DNA of 63,870 nucleotides from Octopus bimaculoides. Its lineage: Eukaryota. The stretch covers positions 53,770,025 to 53,833,894 of the forward strand of contig NC_068981.1 of NCBI RefSeq assembly GCF_001194135.2, read 5' to 3'. The notes under the pieces are model-generated. The model did no database searches and was not told where the DNA came from. It worked only from the letters and a program-made list of their open reading frames with translations. A program made the position numbers and the translations under genes. Below, piece after piece: positions 37,164-50,398 of the stretch (within the stretch, counting starts at the first letter, position 1; every line of letters starts with the position of its first letter).

Positions 37164-39059
37164 TTTTCTTCAGACATTTGATACATTCTAGCATTTCATG
37201 CTCTTTTACCTTCATGATGCAACTGTTTATATGCAATCATATTCAATTAAAAATCAAAACATTTGTACACATCCTGTATACTGCAGCTAGCTAATAACAT
37301 ATTTTATGTAGTGTTGTCTAATCAAGATTTAACTAATTGCACTAGATTTACTTGTATTTAGAATGGTTTTGAAACAAAATTCTTGAACAGGTTCATGTAA
37401 AAACCTTTATTTATTCAGCTGTGTTCCAAACACCACATTCACTTACAAAAGGCAAAAAACATTATGGTTGTTTTAGGGAACCATAAGAAGTTCCTGTATT
37501 TTAGAATGTAATTGAAACACAAAGTGGTGTATTTTGGTGAGAGAAATACAGTAACAAAAGGGTTAAACATGACAACGCATGAATTATTTAAATCAATATA
37601 TAGTACTTCCAGTCCGTTTTGCTTTGATCTTTCAACAACAAAGAGTTTCATGTGCTGCCTTTTTTCCTTTTTTTTTAAAGGCACTTCATAGGAAAGGGCT
37701 TTTCATGTGTTGCCTTTCAACTTGATCTCTCCTATATTATGTTATATCTGGGTCTATTACCATTACTTCTGCCATTGTTGTGTATTTTAGGCTTGACTAT
37801 TTCTATTCATATCACATGAAAGATCTTTATTTCATATGAGTATTTAATTCATTTACTTTTTTATCAAGTTAATTTTAATCATGTACTTACCTGACTTCCT
37901 TGTTAGTGATATGCAATTTTTAACACATGCATGCTTTTACACCCCAGGTTCCAATTTTTACACAGTTCGTTTCATTTTTTCCTAAAAGGGTTTCCGGTTA
38001 AATGCCTTTGTTATTTATGACTAAGAGAACCCAACATTGGTTAGCCACTCCTTAAACTGAAGTGTGCAGGGGAGAACTTACACAGTAGAGGATTGTTTGA
38101 ATCAACTGCTAAACAAAGTGGGATAGGACAGTGATGATTTTATAGATATGTTCTGAAAGTGGGGTGAGAGACAAACCTATATGTAAGGACCTTGTCAATT
38201 TGGCTAGGTAATGGAAACATTCTATAGAGATTGTAGATATCTGAAGATATATACAAGTGGGAAAACTGTTCTTGATTTCATAGCTGTAATGAGTTAACAG
38301 TAATAAGGAATTAGCAGACATCATGAAGTCATTCTCCCACCCTAAATACCGCATAAAGTGAAATTGGTATGGAACTTTCTGAAAGATACATATAGCTTTC
38401 ACTAGTGGTAGCAAAATACTTATTTAAAGGTTGATTCTTTGGGACAAATCATATGTGATTGTTTAAAACAGGCTAGAACCTCAACTCTAAAATGTATTTG
38501 AAACAATGGACAACAGTCCAAATATCATAATGGATGGACAAATAAGCATCCTTAAAGTGAAATAACACATTGGTAGGTAAACAACGGTATTATCAAATAA
38601 AAGAGGAAATGGAACGTCACCTTTCAAGTAGCTCAGAAGAGGTAAAGGTAAGCTTGCCAAAGTTTAATGCAGCTTAAATATGGAGATTAAGATTGTTTGG
38701 TATTGGACATTCACCTTGTACAGTGTTCCTAGTCAATTTAATCACAGTCAAAAATATTCTCTAATATTCCAAAATACTATGATACAGATTAAAAATGTAT
38801 GGAAGACTCTACATACAAAAAAATTATGTACATATGATAAATTTGGAAAATCTTCTAAATTTTTGGATAAATCTTTGTAATTAACATAAACATTTATTTA
38901 CATGAAAACAAAATGACAGCTTCCAAATCCTGTTTCCTGACTGGGTCACTGCGCAGGTGGACAGTCGAAGTAAATAGACAAAATCCTTTCACTTTTATAA
39001 AAAGATTAAAAAAGTACAGAAGACCTTACATACAAAAACCAATGTCCATTTATGCAGGA

Positions 39060-39165
39060 GCTCTAGGCAAAATGTTATAGTGCAGAACCATCCTTGGGAC
39101 ATAACTGATGTGTGTGTAAAGTTTGGTGAAAATCGATTGAGAATTGTGGAAATGTATACGTTATC
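39060..39165 (+). mobile_element. possible Helitron/Helentron-related non-autonomous fragment
   Basis: GTGTAAAGTTTGGTGAAAATCGATTGAGAATTGTGGAAATGTATA resembles the AAATTTCATCAAAATCGG-type subterminal motif of invertebrate Helitron-derived elements. Recognised from memory only. Confidence 0.35.
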
Positions 39166-39319
39166 ATTATTTCTGTTTCTGTCCAATTCTACACCAGTCA
39201 CTCCCATCCTCATGCTCATCCACAGCAAGAAACCCATTCTGTTTTGGTCCCTTTTCTCATACTCTATTCCTTCATCTCCTAGAATAAAGCCACCCCTTTT
39301 CTCTACTGTTACCCCACTC

Positions 39320-39560
39320 AGTCAAAGAGGATCTTAGTTTTGCAAACTGCATGGCAACCCCACAACTGCTGGTATCTCAAGAAAATACCCTAATGCCAGG
39401 GTTGGCATTAGGAAGGGCATCTAGCCATAGAAACTATGCTAAAGTAGATATTAGAGTTCAATGTGTCTTTAGACCTGTTGAATCCTGTCAAACTGTTCAC
39501 CTCATGCTATCATACCATGAACCATAGATGTTAAATCATGATAATGTTGATGATGGCAAT
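39320..39560 (+). mobile_element. old RTE-type 3' tail
   Basis: GGTTGGCATTAGGAAGGGCATCTAGCCATAGAAAC...GATGTTAAATCATGAT. Confidence 0.6.
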
Positions 39561-39606
39561 AGCAATGGTGGTGGTGGTGGTGATGGTGGTGATATGATTC
39601 CATCAT

Positions 39607-39730
39607 TGTATGCAACAATTTATTTATGAGGTCTTGAATTTAACTCATGAGAATTATATGTAAAATTCATTTCCTATACATAATTCTCATGAGTTAAATT
39701 CAAGACCTCATGAATAAATTGTTACATACA
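39607..39730. repeat. 124-bp hairpin (56-bp arms, 12-nt loop), MITE-like
   Basis: 39607-39662 and 39675-39730 are reverse complements with 4 transition mismatches. Confidence 0.92.
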
Positions 39731-40069
39731 TAATTACATTATATAACAATATTTAATCAATCAAATTTCAATGAAACAATTGTAAATTAATATTACAAAA
39801 TAACTTGCTCACTCAATTGTCCCAGTTTGTACTTGTGTGTGTGTGTGTGTGTGTGTGTCTTTGACTAGATAACCTATGTTGGTTATGAATGAACATCACC
39901 TTCCTTTATGGAAATATTACCTTGCTTGCAAATGGATGGGGTTTGGTAACAAGAAGACATCCAGCTGTAGATTTATTTACCTTTGAAAATATCACCTGAC
40001 CCATGCAAGTATGGAGAAGTAAACATTAAATGATGATGATGATCTAAATTCGTTATTCATTAAGAAAAT

Positions 40070-40933
40070 ATTACCTCTGTTGGTAACTAAAGGCCTCTCT
40101 CTCAGAGCGAAAGGCGGATTGTATGATGCCTGTGTGCAAACAGCCATGCTACACAGCAGTGAAATATGGGCTGTGATCACTGAGGACAGGTGTAGTCTTG
40201 AAAGAAATGAAGCTAGTATGCTTTGGTGCATGTGCAATGTTAGTGTGCATGTACGACAGAGTATAAGCATCTTGAGAGAAAAGTTGGGCATAAGAGAGAC
40301 AAGTGCACTGGTATGATCATGTGTTGCATATGGATGAGGACAGCTGCATAAAGAAGTGCTGATCTCTAACTGTGGAGGGAACTTGTGGAAGAGGTAGACC
40401 TGGGAATACATGGGATGAGGTGGTGTAGCATGATCTTCAAATGTTGGGCCTTTGGTAATATGCTGTGCTTCAGAAGACTTATCAAGGCAACTGTGGCTGT
40501 TGCCAGTGTCATGTAAATGGCACCCATGAAATTTTAGTCATAGCTGTTACCGGTAGCATAATCTTTCAAATGTTGGGCTTCACAGAGGCAATGAGCAGTG
40601 ACCAAATCCTTGGCAATGCTGTGCTGAGAAGATTTGTCAAACCAAGTGAAATTATAGACAGTCATGGCCATTACTGGTCTCATGTAAATGGCACTTATGA
40701 AAGCATAGTTGTGACTGTTGCTGGTGTCATGTAAACGGTACCCTGCTGATGTAAAGGCATGTAAAAGCACTCATTACACTCTTGGAGTGGTTGGCATTAC
40801 AAAGGACATCTAGCCATAGAAACCATGCCAAATCAGACTGCAACCTGGTGCAGCTCCTGGCTTACCAGTTCTAGTCAAACCATCTAACCCGTGCCAGCAT
40901 GGAAAGCAGACATTAAATGATGATGATGATGAC
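40070..40933 (+). mobile_element. RTE LINE 3' portion with internal duplication and (GAT)n tail
   Basis: LPLLVTKGLSLRAKGGLYDACVQTAMLHSSEIWAV...RNEASMLWCMCNVSVHVRQS...TVEGTCGRGRP, then 3' UTR and terminus. CTTCAAATGTTGGGC is present twice. Confidence 0.9.
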
Positions 40934-41812
40934 ATNNNNNNNNNNNNNNNNNNNNNNNNNNNNNNNNNNNNNNNNNNNNNNNNNNNNNNNNNNNNNNNNN
41001 NNNNNNNNNNNNNNNNNNNNNNNNNNNNNNNNNNNNNNNNNNNNNNNNNNNNNNNNNNNNNNNNNNNNNNNNNNNNNNNNNNNNNNNNNNNNNNNNNNNN
41101 NNNNNNNNNNNNNNNNNNNNNNNNNNNNNNNNNNNNNNNNNNNNNNNNNNNNNNNNNNNNNNNNNNNNNNNNNNNNNNNNNNNNNNNNNNNNNNNNNNNN
41201 NNNNNNNNNNNNNNNNNNNNNNNNNNNNNNNNNNNNNNNNNNNNNNNNNNNNNNNNNNNNNNNNNNNNNNNNNNNNNNNNNNNNNNNNNNNNNNNNNNNN
41301 NNNNNNNNNNNNNNNNNNNNNNNNNNNNNNTATATATCAATAAACAGAGTATAACTGCTAGATAAAGAGTTTAGCTTATTAGCTGTGTAAATGAGATGCT
41401 CTTTTGTTCTTTGATGCAGCTTTTGTGAAAGTTTTATTTGATCTGTAGACTGCCAATAGCTTAAAATGAAATCGCTACTCACATCTGTTGCTTAGTTCAG
41501 CTTGGGAAGCTGCCTAGAATTTCTTTTACTTTTCACTATGCTACTGTTAAATTTACTAAATTACTTTGTCATAATACTATAATGGTTAACAATGAAGGCC
41601 TACATCAAGCAAACATGATTTTTATTTAAAATCGTTAGAAAGGTCATCCACCCATAGAAACCATGCCAGAGATGACACTGAAACTCAGTGTAGCATTGCT
41701 GCTTGCCAGTTCCAGTCACACTGTCCAACCCATGCCAGCATGGAAAGTGGTTTTCCATGATTATCATTAGGATACCCATGTATGCATGTGCATTTATATA
41801 TACATATATATA

Positions 41813-41947
41813 TAAATTCCAGGGTTAAGTAAATTGCTTTTGTATAACATGGATAAATTAAGAAATGGAGTCGAACGCAGGTTTTATTCAACCATTTCTT
41901 AATTTATCCATGTTATACAAAAACAATTCACTTTACCCTGAAATTTC
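41813..41947. repeat. hairpin of about 135 bp (49-bp core arms, 23-nt loop), TA-flanked MITE-like
   Basis: 41820-41868 and 41892-41940 are reverse complements with 3 mismatches. TA occurs at 41811-41812 and 41948-41949. Confidence 0.9.
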
Positions 41948-43032
41948 TACCTTTATAAGTAATATCTTTGGCACTTATGTGAATTTTTGCTACCCTGGTA
42001 ACTATTTATTTATTTTTCCCTTGTTATATGTACACATTGAAAAAATATGCATACATTTATTTATATATATATATATATATATATNNNNNNNNNNNNNNNN
42101 NNNNNNNNNNNNNNNNNNNNNNNNNNNNNNNNNNNNNNNNNNNNNNNNNNNNNNNNNNNNNNNNNNNNNNNNNNNNNNNNNNNNNNNNNNNNNNNNNNNN
42201 NNNNNNNNNNNNNNNNNNNNNNNNNATATATATACATATATATATATATATATAAAATGTACTGAACCGTGATAGGAAATTCAACAAAAAAGTACGGGTG
42301 AAAGTGTATTTGCAAGCTGATTTAATTTCTGCCAACACTGACTTCAAGTATGTACTTGCAGCCCATAAGTCGGGCTCCTTTTATTGATCCTGCTCGCAGT
42401 TTATTTATTTTCATTCACCATCTGCCAGTCATCTTAGAGGTGTTCTGTGTCAAAAAATATCATTCGTAGCAGACGTTCTCTTGACATCATTCACTTGTGC
42501 CTGACTCGGGTTCAGAAGTTACAGCCTGAGTTGTTATCTATAATCATAAAAATTAAAACTAATTCAAATTCAATTTTTTCTTGAAACAATAAAAATTCTA
42601 TGGAGATTAGGATTTAAATTCCAATCTATGAAAAATTTCCATTCTACAATATTCTTAAAGGAACGAAAAATTATCCAGAAACTCGGGCTTATACAAATGA
42701 GCCTAGTAGGTGTAAAAGACTAACTGGCATCTCTTGTCAAGAGTACAGGCGATGTTTGTCGTGGACCCTGCTGTCGTTATTTGATTGCTGTTATTCTGTG
42801 CATTTGTGTGTAAAAGATCAGTTGTGTTTTGCAGGGTTGCTTTATTTTTACCCTTAACTTAGAAACGGAGACAGTCATAGTGCTAGATATAAAAAATAAG
42901 CCATTTCGGGTTAGAAATATTAGGGACAAATGTGAAATTCTTCAAGCAGGCATGTATCTTATGCAAAATCTGTGATGAATCTGAATGACGCTGATGATCT
43001 GGAGTCGCTTCTGATGTGTGTGTGTGTGTGTT

Positions 43033-43082
<50 letters not shown>

Positions 43083-43104
43083 NNNNNNNNNNTGTGTGTG
43101 TGTT

Positions 43105-43141
<37 letters not shown>

Positions 43142-46100
43142 TATTTATATTATTTGATTGAATATCACGCATCCATTTCCAAGTAAGTTTATCTTAATCT
43201 TTTTGATGCAACTCTACTCTATACTGTTTCCTCTCTCATCCTTTCTATAATTCCCTTTTTTCCTCCCCTTCACCGTTTTCTATCTGTCTCTCTCTCCCAT
43301 TCTTTCTCCTTTACTCTCTCTCATTGCTCACATATGACCATCATCCATCTTTCTTTTCTTTCAGGGCTGTCTTAAGGACTGGATGTATCCTATCGCTCTC
43401 TCTTCTATCTTTTCTTTTGTCAAAGAATGTTCTACATACATACTAGTGAATGCGTTTATTCCATGTAACATCTTTCAACTTAAATACATTTTTATTTGTG
43501 TGACTGTGTCTGTGTATGTGTGTTTGTATACTTCCATTATGGAGCTTATAGAAATGATGAGCCCCAAGATGGTCTAAGGCTTTTCTGCTTTATATGGTTA
43601 TCTTGGCATTCTTTACCTTTATAAGTTCTTCTGGCATAGTATTATTTACAATAATGGTTGTGGTCATTGTAGTGGTGTTATCAATAGTACTAACACCATC
43701 ACTGTCACCATGCTGGACAATACAGTTCCTAATATACAATAACAACAAAAAAACAAAACAAAATTGTTTCTAGTGGAACACTTTTGATGATAAAAGACAG
43801 TAGCAACATCAAAGAACAAAGGTAAAGGATGGTGTTTTCCTTATATTCTAATATTGTCAAGTTCTGTGGTGTGGATCACATGATATCAACACTACTATTA
43901 TCACTACCACCACCACCACCACCACCACCATTACCACTACCAATTCTATGGCCAACACTACAACCACTATCAGTATTATCCTCACCACTATTACACTATC
44001 ACTCCCATCAGCAACAACACTATGACTATTAATACTATCACTAACCACTACTACTATAACTATCACTGCTGGTACAACTAGTAGTGGTGGCAGTATTAAT
44101 GAATGAGTACTCACACTTGTTTTACATCATCATCTCTTCCTTTTTCTTTTCTTTATTCCCTCACAATGTCGTTTTATTGTACACACACACATACACACAC
44201 ACGTACACACATACACACACAAATGCGATCATGCAGATGTGTGGAAGTGGATTGTTTGATCTTCCATACTTAACAACTATCTCACTACTTCTTTCTTGCT
44301 TTGATTATTTGTAACTGTCTGTTTGCCTGTCTCTCTTTTCTTATGTCTATTTCTTTCACTCTCACTCTTGTATTATTTTTATCACTGTCTATTTCTTCCC
44401 TCTCTGACCTTAACATACAAAGAAACTAATGCAGCTAGCTATGCAGTAGAGACTTCCAGGAGAGAAGTACTCATACTAAGATGTTTCACAAATTTATATG
44501 AAAATGTTGTTGCTATCTGCATACACGACTGTCAACCAATCATATATAACATAGCTTCTGGACATACTTCTAAAGACAGATTTATATATCTGATGAGGGC
44601 TGCCAGTAATTCAATCTGTTCATGAACTGAATGCCTTCATTATTGTTTGGATGTAGCAAGAAACATTTCTTGAACCCATACCTTTCAACTGTTGTTGTTT
44701 GCTTAATAATTTGCTCTTGGAGTTAATATCAGTTTACAAATAACAAATGCAATATAGCTTTCCTTTCATTTCTTTCACTTCAAAAGTATTTGTTCTTTCT
44801 ACTATTTGATAAAAGAATTGCACAGCAACAACAACAACAACAGCAATAATTATTTTATTTTTATTTTTATTTTTTAATTTATGGATGAAGAATAAATGGG
44901 AAGTTATAATTTTGCATTTCACTTTTAACTTTTAAGAACTTATAATCTATTGAGTGGACACCAAATTCTTGACCAGTAAAGTTAAACCTTCATGAGGTCT
45001 CCAGTAAAATATAAACATTTGAGTAATTATATTTTACAGAAGCATATGGAGTGGAAATGACATTGTGAAAAGTTTTTCTCAGAGTTATAAGCAATGTAAC
45101 TGTTAGATTTGTTACCTAGTGTTAATGGCTGACTTTTATATCTACTGACAATGTCATGATATTGTTCATGGTAAGTCTTCTAGCTTTCTAATCATTCAGT
45201 CCTACAGTGTCTCGTCTCTACCAATAGATGCCGAATGAATATAATCAAGCTAGATTATCATCTGCAATTCACACCTGTGTCTAATTACATTCTTCAAACC
45301 TGCATGGATTATTATAGTATTGCTGGATTATTAGTAGATTAGAGTACCTTTTTCTTGTCTAGATCAGAGGTGGAAGTACTGTTTTCATGCCATGGGTGAA
45401 TTGCAAGTGCCTCATGAAGGAGGGCATATCTGTAATGAGAAAAATAATGAATATTCAATTTCATAAATTCATAGATATAATATGAAATTGCACTAAGCAA
45501 CTTTAATTAAAATGTTATAATTAGCTAGATACTTTATAGAGTATTTTGATCTTAAAAGCTTGATTCATTATTTTTTTTTCTTTTCCTAAATGGATTTGTG
45601 GATAACTGGAGCAATTCAAAATTTAACCGTGGGCAAAATTTTAACCTGCAGGCAAAGAAGTTTACCTGGTTCGCATGATCCAGAAAGCGCTATAATAGTA
45701 TGTCAGGTAAGCTGCTTATTGGCTGCATAATTTAAGTTAAATGCATATTCACTGACGCAGAACTCTGATTCATAGAAATAAGTCAGCTGAATGGATGTTT
45801 TTACAACTTAAGCACAGTACCACAGTCCATTCTCTGTTGAAAACATCATATTGTTTCTAGCAGACAACCTATTTTTATATAGCTGCCACTCTCATTTTAC
45901 TCTTTAGGATTTAACATTAGGAGAGAAAAAATCTTTTTTAAATAACTTATTTCAATGACTCATGCAAATTGTCGAAATGCCATTCAACATATACTAGCAT
46001 GGAAATCATAGATTTATGCTTTTATATTAAAGCTATCAGTTTTAATTAGCTCCTCTGCTCTGCTTCTTTTTTGTATTTCTCTCTCTCCCTCTCCCTCTCT

Positions 46101-46624
46101 CCCCATTCAATATCTATCAGCTCCCTGTAGAAAAGGCATCTAAATAGAGAAAACTTTGGTGAAGTAAAAATGTTTGAGCTAATCTTGAGAGAAAAATGAA
46201 ATTGTTTGCTTTCAACAAGAAATGTATGTTTATTTGAACCTTTGTGGAGTTTTGGCTATCATAATTACAGACGAAAAAGAAAAAGTAAAATTAACAAAGA
46301 AACTTCAGCTAAAAATAAATATATAAAAAATTAAGTTCTGATGTATGTTGATCACAACAAAGTGAATGATATAAGTGTTAGTAGTATTCTAATGCTATTT
46401 AATTTTTGTGCAGTTGTTTATCCAGTGGTTTGCTTTTGGCTGGATATTTTCAACTAGCTAATTATTTCTGTGAAGCAGCTATTCACCAGAGAGATATATC
46501 TTTTAGATGATACTGTGTTTGTCAGATTATCAACCATCAGGAATAAATAGATGAAGGAGATAACTTTGTGATAAATTTGCAAACTGGATCCAACAGTTAT
46601 GGTCTAATGGTGCACTATGTATAT

Positions 46625-46656
<32 letters not shown>

Positions 46657-47247
46657 CTGTGGATGTCTGGTTATATGGGTGAGTATATGTTTGTAAGAAG
46701 GAAGATATATATGGGAGAGAGAGAGAAAGCGATTGTGTAGTTGTGTGATGGAGGTGAGCAGTTATGTATTTATAAAAGAGTTTGGACATGCGTGTGTATG
46801 CGGACAGTGTAATAAGTGTCTATGTATTATCTATGTGTGTATAATATGTATCAATGTATGTGTTGTGTGCGCACACATACACACGCATCATGTTCAATGC
46901 ATTGTTCAGATAGAAAGACTGACCTAATCAAGAAAAGTCATGACAGCTGCCATTTTAACAGAAGAACCGCCCATTCCATTATTAATTATACTGACATTGA
47001 TGGATGTCCCCAACCAAATTTACCTTACTTATAACTCATAGTAGTACTTTACACTATGAACAAAGTTTCCTCTTCCCTTTTCTCATAATGTTTTTATTAA
47101 ATCATCATTCTTCATACTTCCTACACTTTATCTGTATTCATCTCTAATATTTTCGCCTTTGTCCTTTTCTTTGTTCATCTCTATAAGTTTCTGACACCTA
47201 CACAACCTTGTATAGATCTTTAAGGAATGTGTGTGTGTGTGTGTGTG

Positions 47248-47284
<37 letters not shown>

Positions 47285-47526
47285 GATGCAAGGTTAAATT
47301 ATAAAACACTGTATTGAGTGAATATAGTGAAACTGGATGGGTTGCAGAACCTCTTCAGGAGTTAGTGAAATGGTTGTAGCAAAGTACCCAATGATGTGGA
47401 TGTACTTAAGGAAAAGAGGTGAATATATTTTGCAAGGCTTCTTAGAAAAGTTACATTACTTCTTTGATAGTCTGTATTTGTTACATCTAGTTGACTCTTT
47501 TGTTACTATTTTTCTTTTGAAGTACA

Positions 47527-47860
47527 TCTTTTACTTCTTTCAGTCACTGAATTTCAGGCATGCTGGAGTATTGTCTTGAAGGGTTTTAGTCAAATGAAGT
47601 GACCCAGGACTTATTTTTAAAAGTCTGGTTCTTATTCTATTGGTCTGTTTTGCCAAACCACTAAGTTACTGAGACATAGACAAACCAACAACAGTTGTCA
47701 AGAGGTAGTGGGAGGACAGATACAAATATGCACCACACCACACACACACACACATAACAGATTACTTTCAGTTTCCGTCTCCCAAATCCACTCACAAAGC
47801 TTTGGCTAACCCAGAGGTATAGTAGAAGACACTTGTCCAAAGTATCATACACACTGCCAT
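47527..47860 (-). mobile_element. SINE family B, head truncated
   Basis: Collinear with 50399-50780 from the tail through GAAGACACTTGTCCAAAG. Confidence 0.75.
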
Positions 47861-47869
47861 ACTTTCACC

Positions 47870-48050
47870 CATATACTGCCTTTGTTACAATTGATTTTTA
47901 ATCTAATGAAAAATAATTAGTAAAATAATTGTCATTTTTAAGTTGGTGTTTAGAACATAAAATTAGCTTGAAATTTTGATAGCAGGTTTAATTCAAATTT
48001 GAAGATAGCACTTTTAAACAAGCAGTGTGTATCAGAGAAATCTTACTTGC
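47870..48050 (+). mobile_element. internal fragment of the piggyBac-type MITE family seen at 61227
   Basis: ATACTGCCTTTGTTACAATTGATTTT...GAAATTTTGAT aligns with 61256-61360. Confidence 0.55.
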
Positions 48051-48067
48051 ATTACCTATAATTAGGG

Positions 48068-48260
48068 TGTGTATATGTGTATGTGTGTGTTTTCTGGGTA
48101 TGACATTAAGCTGCATCTGGTGGTGAGGCTCCATTCTGAGAGCTCTGAAGTTGTGGGTAGCATGGAGTCACCCCTTAATAGCTGTTACTCCCAGGTTTGT
48201 TCTGACCCAGAATAGTAGAACCTGTCAGCAACCCATCTCCTGTCTATGGGTTAAATAGAT
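48068..48260 (+). repeat. unclassified interspersed repeat fragment
   Basis: GGTATGACATTAAGCTGCATCTGGTGGTGAGGCTCC...TTACTCCCAGG...CTATGGGTTAAATAG is recognised from memory as a recurrent cephalopod repeat. Only one copy here. Confidence 0.35.
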
Positions 48261-48576
48261 TTCCCCAGGGTAGAGAAGGTTCCTGTTATTTTTGATAAAG
48301 CCATGAGGAAGGCATCTTGTAGGAGAAAGATATTCTGATATAAAACTTGCAGGCAAAATAGTAACCAGTCAGCTTGCAATGTTTGTCATTGGAATCTACT
48401 ATGACAACCAAGAGAGTGGCAAAAGTGTTGAACAAGCATTTGTCACTTAAATCCAATAATGTACAAATGTCTCGCTATTATGCGATACGGCTATCATTTG
48501 ACAAGATGAGGTAATCATTATATATGTATATGTATACATACATACATATATATACGCATACACACATGTATGTGTG

Positions 48577-48626
<50 letters not shown>

Positions 48627-50398
48627 TACACTATAGTTATTGTTAATTTTTATGCATATGTTCCTATTAGTGTGACTATTACACCACCTTACTATGCAGC
48701 AATGTGCAACTCTGTTTATATGTTTCCATGCAAACACACATGCCTACATAGATATGTGTGTATGTATGGAATGGATGCACACACTCACACAAATAGATAA
48801 ATAAATGTAAACATTTAATGAGAACACAAACTAGAAAGGTCTGTCAGTGGTATGGATGAACTATGCAATATAAAATACAAATTTTTTTTTTCTTTTTCTG
48901 TTTTTTTTTTATTATTCTGTTAACATCTATCAACTGAAATCAATGAAAGTACATAAAAATCTACTCAGAATATATTTGATCTCTATGCAGTACAAAAAAG
49001 AAAACACATTAAACAGATTTTAGGCACTTCATGTTTGTATGTTTATGTGTATGTCTGAGTATATGTCCATAAGTAATATATATGTATATGTGTGCTTGTG
49101 TGTGTGTAGGTATGTACTGTGTATGTATATATGTATGAATATAGTTTGTTTGTATGTGTATATCTATGTATGTGTAAGTATGAGTATATGTGTGTGTTTT
49201 ATTCAGTGTGTCTATATATATGTGTGCGTATTTATGCAGAAACATACACATGATTTAGCTCCATCACATCAAATGAATCAATACATCTTACTATTACTAA
49301 TCAATATGTCTTTCATAACAAACTAACTTTATTTATGTCCATATTTAAAGGTCTGAGAAATAAATGGCTTTGAATGTTTTCTACAACAAAACCATTTGTT
49401 ATTATTGTTTGTAACTCTTATGTACTACATGAGTATCTGCGCTCCTGAATATTACTCAGTGAAACTCTAATACAGTAAGTTTCTGCTTACATTTTCTACA
49501 TAGAATATTTCTTATTCTGATTGCACATGTATTATGGACTTCATCATTATCATCATCATCATCATCATCATTTAATGTCCTTTTTCTATGCTGGCATGAG
49601 TTCTGCAATTATAATGTGAAGAATTCATAGAAAAATACTTGCATCACTAATACACTAGTCTCTATATTTGCACAGACCATCCCATTAATTTTCATAATTA
49701 GATGTAAAATAATAAAAACAACTGCTAAATTCCATCATAAATTGCTAGTGGTGTATAGTTAAGCCTTCATTAGTCCTCTTGGTCATTTGTATTATTAGTC
49801 TTTATTAGTCATCAATATTCATTAGCTCTCATTAATTTTTGGTACTTGTTTCTTTTTGGATACTCAATTGTCCTAATTGCTCTTTGATAGTTATTAGCCC
49901 TTATTACTCTTTGGTGCTTATTAGTCCCCATTTCTCTGATGCTTATCAGTATTCATTGCTCATTGGGACTCATTAGACTTCCTTAGTCTTTGGTGCTCAT
50001 AAGAGACTCTGTTACTATTTGGTGTTCATTTTATCTTCATTGTTCTTTAGTATTCCATTGCTTCTTGCTATTCATTTCTCACTGGTCTTCATTGTTCATT
50101 GGTGCTCAACAGACCTGTATTCAAAAGGCATTCCATCTGTGCATCTGTGTCATTGCCTTTTGTTTTTAGATGTAGCATGATTTAGGGAGATTTGGCTTCT
50201 ATTTTCCACAAATCAAAACACCCCATTTAGATTCATAATTGGTGTTTAGTATAGGGTGTTATTGTGAATCAACTTTCATATTCAAATGGTTTCTGTTGTT
50301 GGGGTAAGTGCATTTTATATCCAGGTCTCTTTGTGACAATACTGATCATCATTAAATATAATCTAATTGAAATAATTGGATCTGAGGAAACTGATGAG

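Noticed and set aside
37128-37173. Long T tract followed by TTCTTCAG, a strong acceptor or an antisense poly(A) tail (similar tract at 61838-61870)
   Set aside because: The downstream frame has no NLE1 similarity, and I saw no poly(A) signal or TSD supporting a retrocopy.
43016-43140. Duplicated (TG)nTTTGCA(TA)n unit
   Set aside because: Also flanks a 10-N gap, so an assembly overlap.
43640-44114. Thr/Pro/Val-rich ORFs that look mucin-like
   Set aside because: Degenerate ACC/ACT/CAT trinucleotide low-complexity DNA with no splice or homology support.
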